Assembly (NCBI GenBank): GCA_041176605.1
Contig: JBEDCS010000009.1
Location: forward strand, 1 to 58,456
DNA: 58,456 nucleotides
Source: Bacteroidota bacterium
GTDB lineage: Bacteria > Bacteroidota > Bacteroidia > Flavobacteriales_D > Crocinitomicaceae
Direction of reading: 5' to 3'
The notes beneath the pieces are model-generated. The model saw only the letters and a list, made by a program, of their open reading frames with translations. It did no database searches and was not told the DNA's origin. The position numbers and the translations under genes are program-made. Below are positions 39,181-48,994 of the stretch, piece by piece (the first letter of the stretch is position 1; every line of letters starts with the position of its first letter).

Positions 39181-39798
39181 TTAGCAAGTCCTTTCTAAGA
39201 GCTCTTTCAACCCCAAGTAACATTCCTCTAGGCGTCCTTTCCATTCTTTTTCCGAAAGCCAAAACACGGCCTCAATGCCTTCTTCTTTTTGTGGAATTAA
39301 CGCATCTTGACCTTGATAAGCAAACTTAAACCAATGATTTTCTTTCAGATAAGATTTGCCTTTCATTTCGTACACATGATAGGACAACCCAAGTAAACCT
39401 TCGCTAGTCAATTGACCAGAAAGTCCAGTTTCTTCTTGTACTTCCCTGATTGCCGCTTCCAACTCGGTTTCGCCTTTTTCGATCTTTCCTTTGGGTAAAT
39501 CGAGGTGTTCAAAGCGCTGCATCCACAAGTATTGATCAGTAGCATTATTTTGAACCAAAGCCCCTGCGGTTCTGACAAACTTAAAAGATTTAAAAAATTC
39601 TTTCATCGCTAGATAAGGGTCCGAAGATTGAATATGTATGCTGCCTGACTTACTCAATTCATATTGAAGCTCTTGAAATGAAGCAATCTGAAGCTTATTG
39701 TTATTCATAGATTTTTGTTCAGATGCGGTGATAGAATTCGGAATATTTGAGAAGAGCACCCAATTATTATCGAGGAAAACTTTGTATTTTTGCGGCAT
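39181..39798 (-). CDS. NUDIX hydrolase
   Basis: Nudix box GKIEKGETELEAAIREVQEETGL. ATG 39798 (MPQKYKVFLDNNWV...). The track's upstream extension would overlap pyrE by about 90 nt. Confidence 0.8.
   Translation of the reverse strand: MPQKYKVFLDNNWVLFSNIPNSITASEQKSMNNNKLQIASFQELQYELSKSGSIHIQSSDPYLAMKEFFKSFKFVRTAGALVQNNATDQYLWMQRFEHLDLPKGKIEKGETELEAAIREVQEETGLSGQLTSEGLLGLSYHVYEMKGKSYLKENHWFKFAYQGQDALIPQKEEGIEAVFWLSEKEWKGRLEECYLGLKELLERTC
39785..39792 (+). promoter_or_regulatory. -7 box TATTTTTG placed 4 nt before the pyrE ATG, inside the first codons of the divergent NUDIX gene
   Basis: TATTTTTG-cggc-ATG. Confidence 0.4.
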
Positions 39799-40441
39799 GA
39801 AAGTGAATAAAGATCTGAGCCTAAAGGTAGCTGAATTGCTCTTAAAAACAAAAGCTGTGCGCTTGCAACCCGAAAATCCATTCACGTGGGCATCTGGTTG
39901 GAAATCGCCTATTTATTGCGACAACCGAATCACCTTAAGCTTTCCAGAAGTGCGTACTTTCATACGTCAGGGCTATGCCCAAACCATCCTTGAGCAATTC
40001 GGAAAACCAGACGTCATTGCTGGCGTTGCCACGGGTGGCATTGCACAAGGAGCGCTTATTGCACAAGAATTAGGTTTGCCCTTCATCTATGTACGCAGCA
40101 GTGCAAAAGGACACGGCATGGAAAACCTCATCGAGGGCGCTTATGAGTCAGGCCAGCGTGTTGTTGTGATCGAAGACCTCATTTCTACTGGCGGTAGTAG
40201 CCTAAAAGCTGTTGATGCTTTGCGTCAGGGCGGGCTTGATGTCAAAGGTTTGGTCGCAATATTCTCTTATGGTTTTGCATTAGCTGATCAACAATTTGAA
40301 GCCGCCAAATGCCCCTTCACTACACTTACAGATTACGGAACACTCATTGAAGTAGCTACCAAAACGTCTTACGTAAATGAGGCTGACAACGCTACACTAC
40401 AAGCTTGGCGCAACAACCCAAGCACCTGGATGCAAGGCTAA
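39797..40441 (+). CDS. pyrE: Orotate phosphoribosyltransferase
   Basis: PRPP motif VVVIEDLISTGGSS. ATG 39797 (MKVNKDLSLKVAELLL...). Confidence 0.92.
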   Translation: MKVNKDLSLKVAELLLKTKAVRLQPENPFTWASGWKSPIYCDNRITLSFPEVRTFIRQGYAQTILEQFGKPDVIAGVATGGIAQGALIAQELGLPFIYVRSSAKGHGMENLIEGAYESGQRVVVIEDLISTGGSSLKAVDALRQGGLDVKGLVAIFSYGFALADQQFEAAKCPFTTLTDYGTLIEVATKTSYVNEADNATLQAWRNNPSTWMQG

Positions 40442-40444
40442 GCA

Positions 40445-40846
40445 ATGGTTCAAATCAAAAGCCAAGTATTTTCTTTTGCTACACCGCTCGAAACAGTGAC
40501 GCGCTACCTGAACAATTGTTCCAACTACGAATATCTGTTGCCCAAAGATCAGGCTTCTAACTTTATTGCTACCGAACAAGGATTTAGCTTCAAGGCAACA
40601 GGGAATTTCTTACTTGGCCTTGAAAAACAAGAAGCAAATGAGCAGGGCATCAAATTTATTGGTGTTCAGAATAACCCATTTCCATTTGACCTGCAAATTC
40701 ACTTAAAAGAACTCGATGCGCAAACTTCAGGTTTTATCGAAATCAATGCAGACATCAATATGATGCTGCGTATGTTGCTCGAGAAACCCCTGCAAAAATT
40801 ATTGCAAGACATGGCCAATAATTTAGAGCAGGCACTACTTTCTTGA
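40445..40846 (+). CDS. Hypothetical protein (possibly SRPBCC/START-like fold), coupled to pyrE
   Basis: 133-aa ORF starting 3 nt after the pyrE stop. No diagnostic motif recognised. Confidence 0.5.
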   Translation: MVQIKSQVFSFATPLETVTRYLNNCSNYEYLLPKDQASNFIATEQGFSFKATGNFLLGLEKQEANEQGIKFIGVQNNPFPFDLQIHLKELDAQTSGFIEINADINMMLRMLLEKPLQKLLQDMANNLEQALLS

Positions 40847-40859
40847 TAGTTTAGGTTTT

Positions 40860-41594
40860 TTAAGGCAATTTCAACTTGATTTCTTGCAAATCAAAATGTA
40901 AAAGCTCGTCGTTTTGTTCTAGCACTAATCTGCCGAGGGCATCTACACCCATGATTTTAGCCTTCCAAAGCTGTCCTTTTACATCTTCAAACTGTTGAAT
41001 GGTATACTTGCCCCATAATTCTGCTTCAAAATCAGCTTTTAATTTGTCGTGGTTGCTATAAAGCAAATCTAAATGACCATTGTAAAGCTCTAAAAATTCT
41101 TTGAGCACAGTGCTAGGCTTAAAATGTACTTGCGTTTGCTCAAAAATAGAGCTCGTGTTTTTCAGTTCAGGGTGAGCATTCACATTCATTCCACAACCTA
41201 CTATTGACCATGCGATCGTATTTCCAAGAATTTGTTGCTCAATCAAGATGCCGCCAAGCTTATTTTCCCCTACAAAAATGTCGTTGGGCCATTTGATTTG
41301 CGCCGCGATAGAAAAGCGATGGAGACATTTGATCCAGATGACGGCAGTATACCAACTGAGCCTAATTTGCTGGTCTGGGGTGATCCCTATTGGTTGAAAA
41401 ACCAATGAAAACATTAAGTTTTCCGAACTGACAGACTGCCATGTATTGCCACGCTGACCACGGCCATTGGTCTGAAAGTCTGCCATAATTACCGACCCAT
41501 TTTGTATCTTTCCTTCAGAAATGAGTTTGGCAGCATAATTGTTCGTAGAGTCCACTACCGATAAATGATATATTTCCGATCCTAATTTGGTCAT
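40860..41594 (-). CDS. birA: Biotin--[acetyl-CoA-carboxylase] ligase (group I, no HTH domain)
   Basis: GRGQRGNTWQS biotin-binding loop. ATG 41594. A -7 box TAAATTTG lies on the minus strand at 41613-41620. Confidence 0.85.
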   Translation of the reverse strand: MTKLGSEIYHLSVVDSTNNYAAKLISEGKIQNGSVIMADFQTNGRGQRGNTWQSVSSENLMFSLVFQPIGITPDQQIRLSWYTAVIWIKCLHRFSIAAQIKWPNDIFVGENKLGGILIEQQILGNTIAWSIVGCGMNVNAHPELKNTSSIFEQTQVHFKPSTVLKEFLELYNGHLDLLYSNHDKLKADFEAELWGKYTIQQFEDVKGQLWKAKIMGVDALGRLVLEQNDELLHFDLQEIKLKLP

Positions 41595-41625
41595 GCTTGA
41601 AGTCTGTCGGTTCAAATTTATCAGT

Positions 41626-41633
41626 TAGTTTTG
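41626..41633 (+). promoter_or_regulatory. -7 box TAGTTTTG for rsfS-ftsH
   Basis: Exact TAnnTTTG match 16 nt upstream of ATG 41650. Confidence 0.4.
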
Positions 41634-41649
41634 TACTAGAAATACTTAC

Positions 41650-42027
41650 ATGGCAAAAAAGAAAAAATCAAGCCCTTCAGAACTCCTATTGGATGCAATT
41701 GTTGAGGGAATGCAAAATAACAAAGCACAAGATATTACCATCCTAGACCTCAGAGACTTAGACAGCGCAGTTTGCGATTTCTTTGTGTTGTGTAGCGGTG
41801 AGTCAAGTACGCAAGTAGACGGTATTTCCAATGCGGTTCAGCGTCATACCCGAAAAGAATTGAAAGAAAAACCATGGCGTCAAGAAGGAAAATCCAATTC
41901 AGAATGGATTTTGCTCGATTACATTGACGTTGTTTGTCATATTTTTTACAAAGACGCACGCTCGTTCTATGACATCGAAGACCTATGGGCCGATGCCAAA
42001 AGAACAGATGTTCCTAACTTATTATAA
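41650..42027 (+). CDS. rsfS: Ribosome silencing factor RsfS (iojap family)
   Basis: 125 aa. ...DFFVLCSGESSTQV...WILLDYIDVVCHIF... is typical of RsfS. Confidence 0.9.
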   Translation: MAKKKKSSPSELLLDAIVEGMQNNKAQDITILDLRDLDSAVCDFFVLCSGESSTQVDGISNAVQRHTRKELKEKPWRQEGKSNSEWILLDYIDVVCHIFYKDARSFYDIEDLWADAKRTDVPNLL

Positions 42028-42038
42028 GACCTCTCCTT

Positions 42039-44087
42039 ATGTCAGAAGAAAAAAGAAAAAACCCGCTATCGGTCTATTGGATTTACGTTGCTTTCGTCAT
42101 TTTGCTCGTGAGCACACACCTTTATGTCAATAGTGAAACCAGTACAACGATCAAGTACAAAGAAACTTTACTTGAACTCGTAGAAGCAAAAGGCGTCAAA
42201 AATGTCAAAATTGTCAACCAAAGTTCAGCGAGGTTTCAGCTGCGCAAGGAAGGCATTAACTATATCAACACGCACAAGAAGCTCGATTTCCCAAACATGC
42301 GCAAAGTCATCAACGGCAAAAAAGTTGAGGTCAATCGCTTGGTTTTTGAACTCGAAAACATTGGCAACCACGCCAATTTTGAAAAAGCACTCGATGACCG
42401 CAAATACAGCGACTACGAAAACATCATCGAAACCAACTGGATTGCTCAAATCTTAGGCTACCTTTTGCCGTTTGGTATCATTGTCCTGATTTGGATGTTT
42501 GTCATGCGCAGAATGTCTGGCGGTGGCGGAGGCGGCGGTGGCGGAGGTCAAATCTTCAACATTGGCAAATCAAGGGCACAAGTCTATGAAAAAGGGAAAA
42601 GTACCAACGTTACTTTTAAAGATGTAGCAGGCCTTGAAGGTGCCAAAGAAGAAATTGTCGAAATCGTTGAATTCCTAAAAAATCCTAAAAAATACACTGA
42701 ACTCGGTGCCAAAATTCCGAAAGGAGCCCTCCTTGTTGGCCCTCCAGGAACAGGTAAAACCCTTTTAGCTAAAGCTGTGGCTGGAGAAGCCAAGGTGCCA
42801 TTCTTTTCCTTATCTGGTTCTGACTTCGTCGAAATGTTTGTGGGTGTAGGTGCCTCACGAGTTCGAGACTTATTCCGTCAGGCCAAAGAAAAAGCGCCTT
42901 CCATAATTTTTATCGATGAAATTGATGCCATAGGTAGAGCACGCGGAAAAAACAATGGTTTCAATACCAACGATGAACGCGAAAACACGCTCAATCAGTT
43001 ACTTACCGAAATGGATGGTTTTGGCACCAACTCAGGTGTCATTATCTTAGCAGCGACCAACCGCGCTGATGTATTGGACAGCGCCCTGATGCGTGCGGGT
43101 CGTTTTGACCGTCAAATCTATGTGGATATGCCAGACCTCAATGAGCGCAAAGAGATTTTCGGGGTACACCTCAAACCAATCAAGCTCTCCACCGAAATTG
43201 ACGTAGATTTTCTGGCCAAGCAAACACCTGGTTTCTCTGGGGCCGATATCGCCAACTTGTGCAACGAGGCTGCACTTATTGCAGCTCGCCACAACAAAAA
43301 ACACGTTGAGAAACAAGATTTCCTCGATGCGGTAGATCGCATCATTGGTGGGCTTGAAAAGAAAAATAAAATCATTACACCAGAAGAGAAGAAAACCATT
43401 GCTTTCCACGAAGCAGGCCACGCATCTGTTTCTTGGTTGTTGCAATATGCCAATCCTTTGGTTAAAGTAACAATTGTACCAAGAGGGCAGTCTTTAGGAG
43501 CGGCTTGGTACCTACCAGAAGAGCGCAGCATCACCACAACAGAGCAACTCTTAGACGACATGTGTGCTACACTCGGCGGACGCGCTGCAGAGCAACTCAT
43601 CTTTAATAAAATTTCTACTGGTGCCCTTAGTGACCTCGAACGCGTTACCAAGCAGGCCTATGCCATGATTTCGATTTACGGACTCAATGACCGCGTTGGG
43701 AACATCTCTTATTATGATTCTCAGGGCCGCGATGCCTTTACGAAGCCTTATTCAGAGGACCGAGCAAAAGTCATCGACGAAGAAGTGAGCAAACTCATCG
43801 AGAGCCAATACCAACGTGCACTTCAATTACTCAACGAAAACAAAGCTCAGCTTGAACAACTGGCAGCGCGTCTCTTGAGCTCTGAAGTAATTTTCAAAGA
43901 AGATTTAGAAGCAATCTTTGGGAAGCGCCAATGGGACCCAATCATCGAAGAGGCAGTTGAAGAAGTGAAAGAAGAGTCAGTTGAAGCTGAAGTTGAACAA
44001 GTTGCTACTGAAGATGCTAGCTCTGAAGCTCCTAGTGACGAAGCTACGCCTCCCGCTGAAACAAATCCTGAAGAAAACGCATCGTAA
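42039..44087 (+). CDS. ftsH: ATP-dependent zinc metalloprotease FtsH
   Basis: Walker [12 protein letters not shown] region, HEAGH zinc site. Acidic C-terminal tail. Confidence 0.97.
   Translation: MSEEKRKNPLSVYWIYVAFVILLVSTHLYVNSETSTTIKYKETLLELVEAKGVKNVKIVNQSSARFQLRKEGINYINTHKKLDFPNMRKVINGKKVEVNRLVFELENIGNHANFEKALDDRKYSDYENIIETNWIAQILGYLLPFGIIVLIWMFVMRRMSGGGGGGGGGGQIFNIGKSRAQVYEKGKSTNVTFKDVAGLEGAKEEIVEIVEFLKNPKKYTELGAKIPKGALLVGPPGTGKTLLAKAVAGEAKVPFFSLSGSDFVEMFVGVGASRVRDLFRQAKEKAPSIIFIDEIDAIGRARGKNNGFNTNDERENTLNQLLTEMDGFGTNSGVIILAATNRADVLDSALMRAGRFDRQIYVDMPDLNERKEIFGVHLKPIKLSTEIDVDFLAKQTPGFSGADIANLCNEAALIAARHNKKHVEKQDFLDAVDRIIGGLEKKNKIITPEEKKTIAFHEAGHASVSWLLQYANPLVKVTIVPRGQSLGAAWYLPEERSITTTEQLLDDMCATLGGRAAEQLIFNKISTGALSDLERVTKQAYAMISIYGLNDRVGNISYYDSQGRDAFTKPYSEDRAKVIDEEVSKLIESQYQRALQLLNENKAQLEQLAARLLSSEVIFKEDLEAIFGKRQWDPIIEEAVEEVKEESVEAEVEQVATEDASSEAPSDEATPPAETNPEENAS
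42519..42548 (+). repeat. Direct tandem duplication of a 15-nt unit encoding the FtsH poly-Gly linker
   Basis: GGCGGTGGCGGAGGC followed by GGCGGTGGCGGAGGT, identical except for the last base. Encodes 10 Gly. Confidence 0.85.
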
Positions 44088-44089
44088 AT

Positions 44090-44911
44090 ATGCTAGGAAA
44101 CCTGGGGCAAAGAATCATAACTGGCAGCATCTTCGGTGTTGTTGTCATTGGCTCTATGCTCTGGAATCCTTATGTTTTTGCCCTTGTTTTTTCCTTCTTT
44201 ATGGTAGTCGGTCTCTGGGAATTTTACCGTTTCTTTAAGAACCATGAAATCGTTGAAGTCCCCAAAGAAATTGGGCTTTTTATAGGTATTTTTATTTATG
44301 TTCTTCTAGTCGGAATCAGTTTCGAATGGTATTCAGTCATTTCTCTCACACTGATATTTCCGCTGTTTTTTACGCTCATTCTCAACGAACTGTGGGCCAA
44401 ACACCAACATCCGCTACTCAATATTTCAGTACTGGTTTTTGGCATTATTTACGTCGTAGTACCGTTTTATCTCAGTATAGACCTTCACGTCAGAGACACC
44501 TCGCCTCTTCCTAAAGTACTCGGGATGTTTCTTTTGATCTGGACTAACGATTCCTTTGCTTACTTCACAGGACGCAAATTTGGAAAACACAAACTTTTTG
44601 AACGCATCTCTCCCAAAAAAACTTGGGAAGGAACATTTGGGGGTTTACTTTTTACCGTTATTCTAGGTGTCATTATTGGGACATACATCAACCACGGTGA
44701 AATTTTATTTTGGACTGTTTCAGCGCTTATCATCGCCCCTTGCGCCATCTTTGGCGACCTACTTGAATCTTTATTTAAACGCAGTTTAAACATCAAAGAC
44801 AGCGGCACCATCTTACCAGGTCATGGCGGCGTGCTCGATCGTTTTGACGCAGCTTTGTTTGCAATTCCATTTTTTTATTGTTGGTCCATTATTTATCTTT
44901 ATTGGCGATGA
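44090..44911 (+). CDS. cdsA: Phosphatidate cytidylyltransferase
   Basis: C-terminal signature SLFKRSLNIKDSGTILPGHGGVLDRFD. Multi-TM. Confidence 0.9.
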   Translation: MLGNLGQRIITGSIFGVVVIGSMLWNPYVFALVFSFFMVVGLWEFYRFFKNHEIVEVPKEIGLFIGIFIYVLLVGISFEWYSVISLTLIFPLFFTLILNELWAKHQHPLLNISVLVFGIIYVVVPFYLSIDLHVRDTSPLPKVLGMFLLIWTNDSFAYFTGRKFGKHKLFERISPKKTWEGTFGGLLFTVILGVIIGTYINHGEILFWTVSALIIAPCAIFGDLLESLFKRSLNIKDSGTILPGHGGVLDRFDAALFAIPFFYCWSIIYLYWR

Positions 44912-45573
44912 TGACATTTCACAGAGAAGGACGCTCCATTATGTTAGGCACCTTGGTGCTTTTTGCTTTACTGAGCACCGCTAATTTTTACTTTATCAAA
45001 GAATCCATTTTCGGTCTCTTTGTATTTCTAGAACTAGGCTTTACTGTACTTTTATATTTAGTTATTCAATTTTTTCGCATTCCCTCAAGAACCTGTACCG
45101 GAGCTCAGCTCGACATCATGTGTCCGGCCGACGGCAAAGTTGTTGTGATTGAAGAAGTAGAGGAAACCGAGTATTTCAAAGACAAACGCATACAAGTATC
45201 TATTTTTATGTCGCCCCTTAATGTGCATGCCAACTATTACCCAATTGGCGGAGAAGTTACCTATACAAAATATCACCCAGGATTATTCTTAGTTGCTTGG
45301 CACCCAAAAAGCAGCACCGACAACGAACGCAGTACATGTGTGGTCAAACATCAAAACGGACAAGAAATCTTGTTCAGACAAATTGCCGGGGCTATGGCCA
45401 GAAGAATTTGTTACTATGCTCAAAAAGGAGATGCCGCTCAGCAAGGTGCCGAATTTGGATTCATCAAATTTGGTTCAAGAGTTGATTTATTCTTGCCTTT
45501 GGGCACGAAAATTGATGTCGTACTCAATCAGAAAGTAAAAGCCAAACTTACTAAGCTTGGAAGTTTGAATTAA
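44908..45573 (+). CDS. psd: Phosphatidylserine decarboxylase proenzyme (short form)
   Basis: Self-cleavage motif FGSRVD near the C-terminus. ATG 44908 overlaps the cdsA stop (ATGATGA). Confidence 0.88.
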   Translation: MMTFHREGRSIMLGTLVLFALLSTANFYFIKESIFGLFVFLELGFTVLLYLVIQFFRIPSRTCTGAQLDIMCPADGKVVVIEEVEETEYFKDKRIQVSIFMSPLNVHANYYPIGGEVTYTKYHPGLFLVAWHPKSSTDNERSTCVVKHQNGQEILFRQIAGAMARRICYYAQKGDAAQQGAEFGFIKFGSRVDLFLPLGTKIDVVLNQKVKAKLTKLGSLN

Positions 45574-45598
45574 TTTGTAATTTTATAAAAAAAACACC

Positions 45599-45820
45599 AT
45601 GAAAAAAGTATTTGTAGCAATTGCCCTAACTACGTTTGTAGGTTCTATGGCAACTACAGCTTATGCAGCTGTAAACGGTTTGGAAATCGTTAAGAAAGAC
45701 GACGACAAGCGCAAGAAAAAGAAAAAAAGTGGAAGCTGCTCATCTAGCGCAACTCCAAAACAAGGTTGTTCTTCTACAGGAACATCACAGAAATCTTGCT
45801 GCTCTTCAGGTAAGCAATAA
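45599..45820 (+). CDS. Small secreted Lys/Ser/Cys-rich protein, unknown function
   Basis: Signal peptide MKKVFVAIALTTFVGSMATTAYA, then KKDDDKRKKKKKSGSCSSSATPKQGCSSTGTSQKSCCSSGKQ. Followed by its own strong terminator. Confidence 0.55.
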   Translation: MKKVFVAIALTTFVGSMATTAYAAVNGLEIVKKDDDKRKKKKKSGSCSSSATPKQGCSSTGTSQKSCCSSGKQ

Positions 45821-45838
45821 GCATTAAAACTAAAGCAT

Positions 45839-45868
45839 AAAAAAAGCCGGCTGACGCCGGCTTTTTTT
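45839..45868. terminator. Bidirectional rho-independent terminator
   Basis: A7-GCCGGC-tgac-GCCGGC-T7 between convergent genes. Confidence 0.8.
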
Positions 45869-45873
45869 ATGCT

Positions 45874-47640
45874 TTAAGCTGAATAAATCTGCTTGTATTC
45901 TTCTTGGTATTTTTCAAGGATTTTCTTGCGCTTGAATTTAAGCGTAGGCGTAAGTTCACCACCTTCTACGGTAAACTCATTTGGCAAGAGTTTGAGTTGC
46001 TTAAGTTGCTCCCAAGAACCATATTCCTTATTGATTTCTGATATTTCTCTTTCAATTCTCTTTGAAACTAAATCCTGAGACATGATTTCAGCATTTGAAA
46101 GGGAATCATAATTGGCGTCATGTCTTTTGGCCCATTCCTTGACAAAGGCATAATTAGGCACAATAAAAACAGCAGGGAATTTTTCACCTTCTCCAATCAC
46201 CATAGCTTGCTCAATGAAACGCGATTGTTTGAGTCGATTTTCCATAGCTTGCGGAACGATATATTTTCCTCCCGAAGTTTTAAAGATTTCTTTTTTGCGA
46301 TCAGTAATTCGCAAGAACTTACCTTCTTGGAATTCTCCGATGTCTCCAGTGCAAAACCAGCCATCTGCATCAAAAACTTCTTTGGTCGCTTCTTCATTTT
46401 TGTAGTAACCCATCATGACATTAGGGCCCTTCACTAAAATTTCACCATCTGCAGCAATTTTAACTTGTACTTTCTCCACAAGCGGCCCAACCGAACCTAT
46501 CCTGATTCCCGTGTTAAAATTGTTTACCGAAACAACAGGTGATGTTTCTGTGAGTCCGTAACCCTCTAGAATTGGAATATCTGCGGCCAGGAAAATACGC
46601 GCTAAACGCGGTTGCAGCGCTGCTGAACCTGAAGCAATTGCCTTGACATTACCACCTAGGGCTTCTTGCCATTTCGAGAAAATAAGTTTGCGTGCAATAC
46701 CTAATTTCACTTTGTAAAAAGCAGACTTCCCAACGACATCATAGTCTTCGGCAATAGCTACCGCCCAATAAAAGAGTGTCTTTTTAATACCTGACAGCTC
46801 TTCGCCTTTGGCCATAATTTTATCAAATACTTTTTCAATCAATCTTGGCACAGCCGAAAACACATCTGGTTTGACTTCCCGAATGTTATCTCCGATCGTA
46901 TCCATCGATTCAGCGAAATGTATCGAACAGCCAATGTACATATACAAATAGTGCAGCATGCGCTCATAGATGTGGCAAACCGGCAAGAAACTCAATACTT
47001 TTGAATTTTTATCGGCCGGAATCGGGTCAATACATGCAGCAACAGTTGACAAAATATTGGCATGAGAGAGCATCACACCTTTTGGGTTTCCGGTTGTTCC
47101 AGAAGTATAAATGATCGTGGCTAAGTCAGCATTCTTGACTTCCTTCATGCGTTCTTCAACGGCAAGCGGTTCAATACTTGCTTTGTTAGCTTCAATCTCA
47201 GACCAATGCGTGCAATTTGGCACTTGATCAAAAGACATCAGGTGTTTCAAAGAAGGTACTTCTGATCTGATGGAAGTAATTTTATCCACCAATTCTTGAT
47301 TGGAAACAACGCACAATTCAACACCAGCATCATTAAGGATAAAGCGATAATCAGATTCAGAAATATTAGGATAAAGAGGTACCAAGATGGCACCGACTTG
47401 TTGTACTGCAATATCCAAGATATTCCATTCTACGCGGTTGGCACTGGCCACAGCCACGCGATCTCCGGCTTGGATACCAAGCGCTATAAGACCTCTTGAA
47501 ACTTGCATGGCAGCATCAAGAAAAGCTGCTGTGGACATCGGAACCCAAATACCAGCTGTTTTTGTCACAAACATATTGGCGTTTGGATAATTTTTAAGCT
47601 GATGTCTAGGGACATCAAACAAGCGTTCTATAGTAAGCAT
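45874..47640 (-). CDS. Long-chain fatty acid--CoA ligase (AMP-forming)
   Basis: AMP-binding motif YTSGTTGNPKGV, plus GYGLTE and TGDIG motifs. 588 aa. Confidence 0.88.
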   Translation of the reverse strand: MLTIERLFDVPRHQLKNYPNANMFVTKTAGIWVPMSTAAFLDAAMQVSRGLIALGIQAGDRVAVASANRVEWNILDIAVQQVGAILVPLYPNISESDYRFILNDAGVELCVVSNQELVDKITSIRSEVPSLKHLMSFDQVPNCTHWSEIEANKASIEPLAVEERMKEVKNADLATIIYTSGTTGNPKGVMLSHANILSTVAACIDPIPADKNSKVLSFLPVCHIYERMLHYLYMYIGCSIHFAESMDTIGDNIREVKPDVFSAVPRLIEKVFDKIMAKGEELSGIKKTLFYWAVAIAEDYDVVGKSAFYKVKLGIARKLIFSKWQEALGGNVKAIASGSAALQPRLARIFLAADIPILEGYGLTETSPVVSVNNFNTGIRIGSVGPLVEKVQVKIAADGEILVKGPNVMMGYYKNEEATKEVFDADGWFCTGDIGEFQEGKFLRITDRKKEIFKTSGGKYIVPQAMENRLKQSRFIEQAMVIGEGEKFPAVFIVPNYAFVKEWAKRHDANYDSLSNAEIMSQDLVSKRIEREISEINKEYGSWEQLKQLKLLPNEFTVEGGELTPTLKFKRKKILEKYQEEYKQIYSA

Positions 47641-47680
47641 ATATTTGGTTTAGCCGTGAAAAATAATAATATTGTTTCAA

Positions 47681-48985
47681 TTAATGTAATAAAACAATAA
47701 AAAGGCTGATGAGTATGAGACTAATTAGATTCAATACGAACCCTATTCGGACCATTTGTTTGATCTTCAAATAACCCGATCCAAATACTATGGCATTGGG
47801 AGGTGTGCCAACAGGCATCATAAAAGCCAGGCTAGCTCCTAATGTAAGTGCCATTGCTAATGGGAAAAGCGGCGTATGCGTTTGTTGAGCAAAGACACCG
47901 ACAATTGGGATAAAAACAGTCACCATCGCCAAATTAGAAAGTACTTCCGAAATAAAGATGGCCAAGGTGGTCAATAATACTATTAAAAGAATCGGATTGA
48001 TGCCATCAGCAAAACTAAAGTGCGTTGATAAACTTTTCAGGATTCCATTTTTTTCGAGCATCGCTGCTAAGGCCAAGCCCCCGCCAAACAACAAGAGAAT
48101 GCCCCAAGGTAATTTCTCTGTATCGGACCATTTGAGCAAGGTTTGTTTGCCTTCACCACTTGGCATTAGAAACAGAGCAAGCGCGCCCAATATAGCAGCG
48201 TTTTCGTCTCGGTAAGGAATGCCTGTCCAATTGGCTAGAGGTTCTCTAAAAATCCAGAGTGCAGCTACGACACAAAAGATACCCAGTACGCGTTTTTGGG
48301 GTTTTGACCACGGTAAAGTATGAAAGTGCAGGTCGTGAACATCTTTGCGCTCTGCACCGAGCAAATAATGGAAATAGAGGTACATGAGCAATAATAGTAA
48401 AATCGCCAACGGAAGTCCAATCTTCATCCAATCCAGAAAACTCACTTGAATTTGGAAGTTCTCGGCAAGAATAGAAGCCATTTGGGTATTGGGCGGAGAG
48501 CCTATTAAAGTGCCAATACCACCGATGTTGGCCGCATAGGCGACCGATAGCATTAAAAGTGCGCTAAACCTTGATTCTCGGTGTGGGATAGGCATCGCTT
48601 CAATGACCGCAACCGCCATGGGAAGCATCATGAGGGCCGTGGCCGTATTTGATATCCACATGGAAATAAGGCCAGTGCTCAATATGAAGCCAAGGAGTAT
48701 TTTGGACTTTTGATCGCCAACAACGGCAATGATTCTGCGAGCAATTTGTTCGTGTACACCCCACTTTTCGAGCCCTAAGGCCAGAACGAATCCACCAAAA
48801 AATAAAAATATGTTTGCATCACCATAACAGGTTGCTAGATCTTTAGGAGTGAGCAGACCTAGTGGTGCACCTAACAGTATTGGGAGTAAGGCGGTCAGGT
48901 AAATAGGGATCCACTCAGTGACCCAAAGGAGGACCATGAGGCCTGCTAAACTAAGCGCTAATGTAAAGGAATCTATGCCAAGCAT
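47681..48985 (-). CDS. SLC13/DASS-family anion (sulfate/di-tricarboxylate):Na+ symporter
   Basis: 434-aa polytopic protein with the repeated SNTA hairpin motif (WISNTATALMMLP). Confidence 0.75.
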   Translation of the reverse strand: MLGIDSFTLALSLAGLMVLLWVTEWIPIYLTALLPILLGAPLGLLTPKDLATCYGDANIFLFFGGFVLALGLEKWGVHEQIARRIIAVVGDQKSKILLGFILSTGLISMWISNTATALMMLPMAVAVIEAMPIPHRESRFSALLMLSVAYAANIGGIGTLIGSPPNTQMASILAENFQIQVSFLDWMKIGLPLAILLLLLMYLYFHYLLGAERKDVHDLHFHTLPWSKPQKRVLGIFCVVAALWIFREPLANWTGIPYRDENAAILGALALFLMPSGEGKQTLLKWSDTEKLPWGILLLFGGGLALAAMLEKNGILKSLSTHFSFADGINPILLIVLLTTLAIFISEVLSNLAMVTVFIPIVGVFAQQTHTPLFPLAMALTLGASLAFMMPVGTPPNAIVFGSGYLKIKQMVRIGFVLNLISLILISLFIVLLH

Positions 48986-48994
48986 AGATGGAGT

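Noticed and set aside
43118-43651. 177-aa ORF antisense to ftsH (and a similar 132-aa ORF at 43047-43445).
   Set aside because: It lies entirely within, and antisense to, a highly conserved gene. It has a Ser/Ala/Arg-rich low-complexity composition and no start context. It is a typical shadow ORF.
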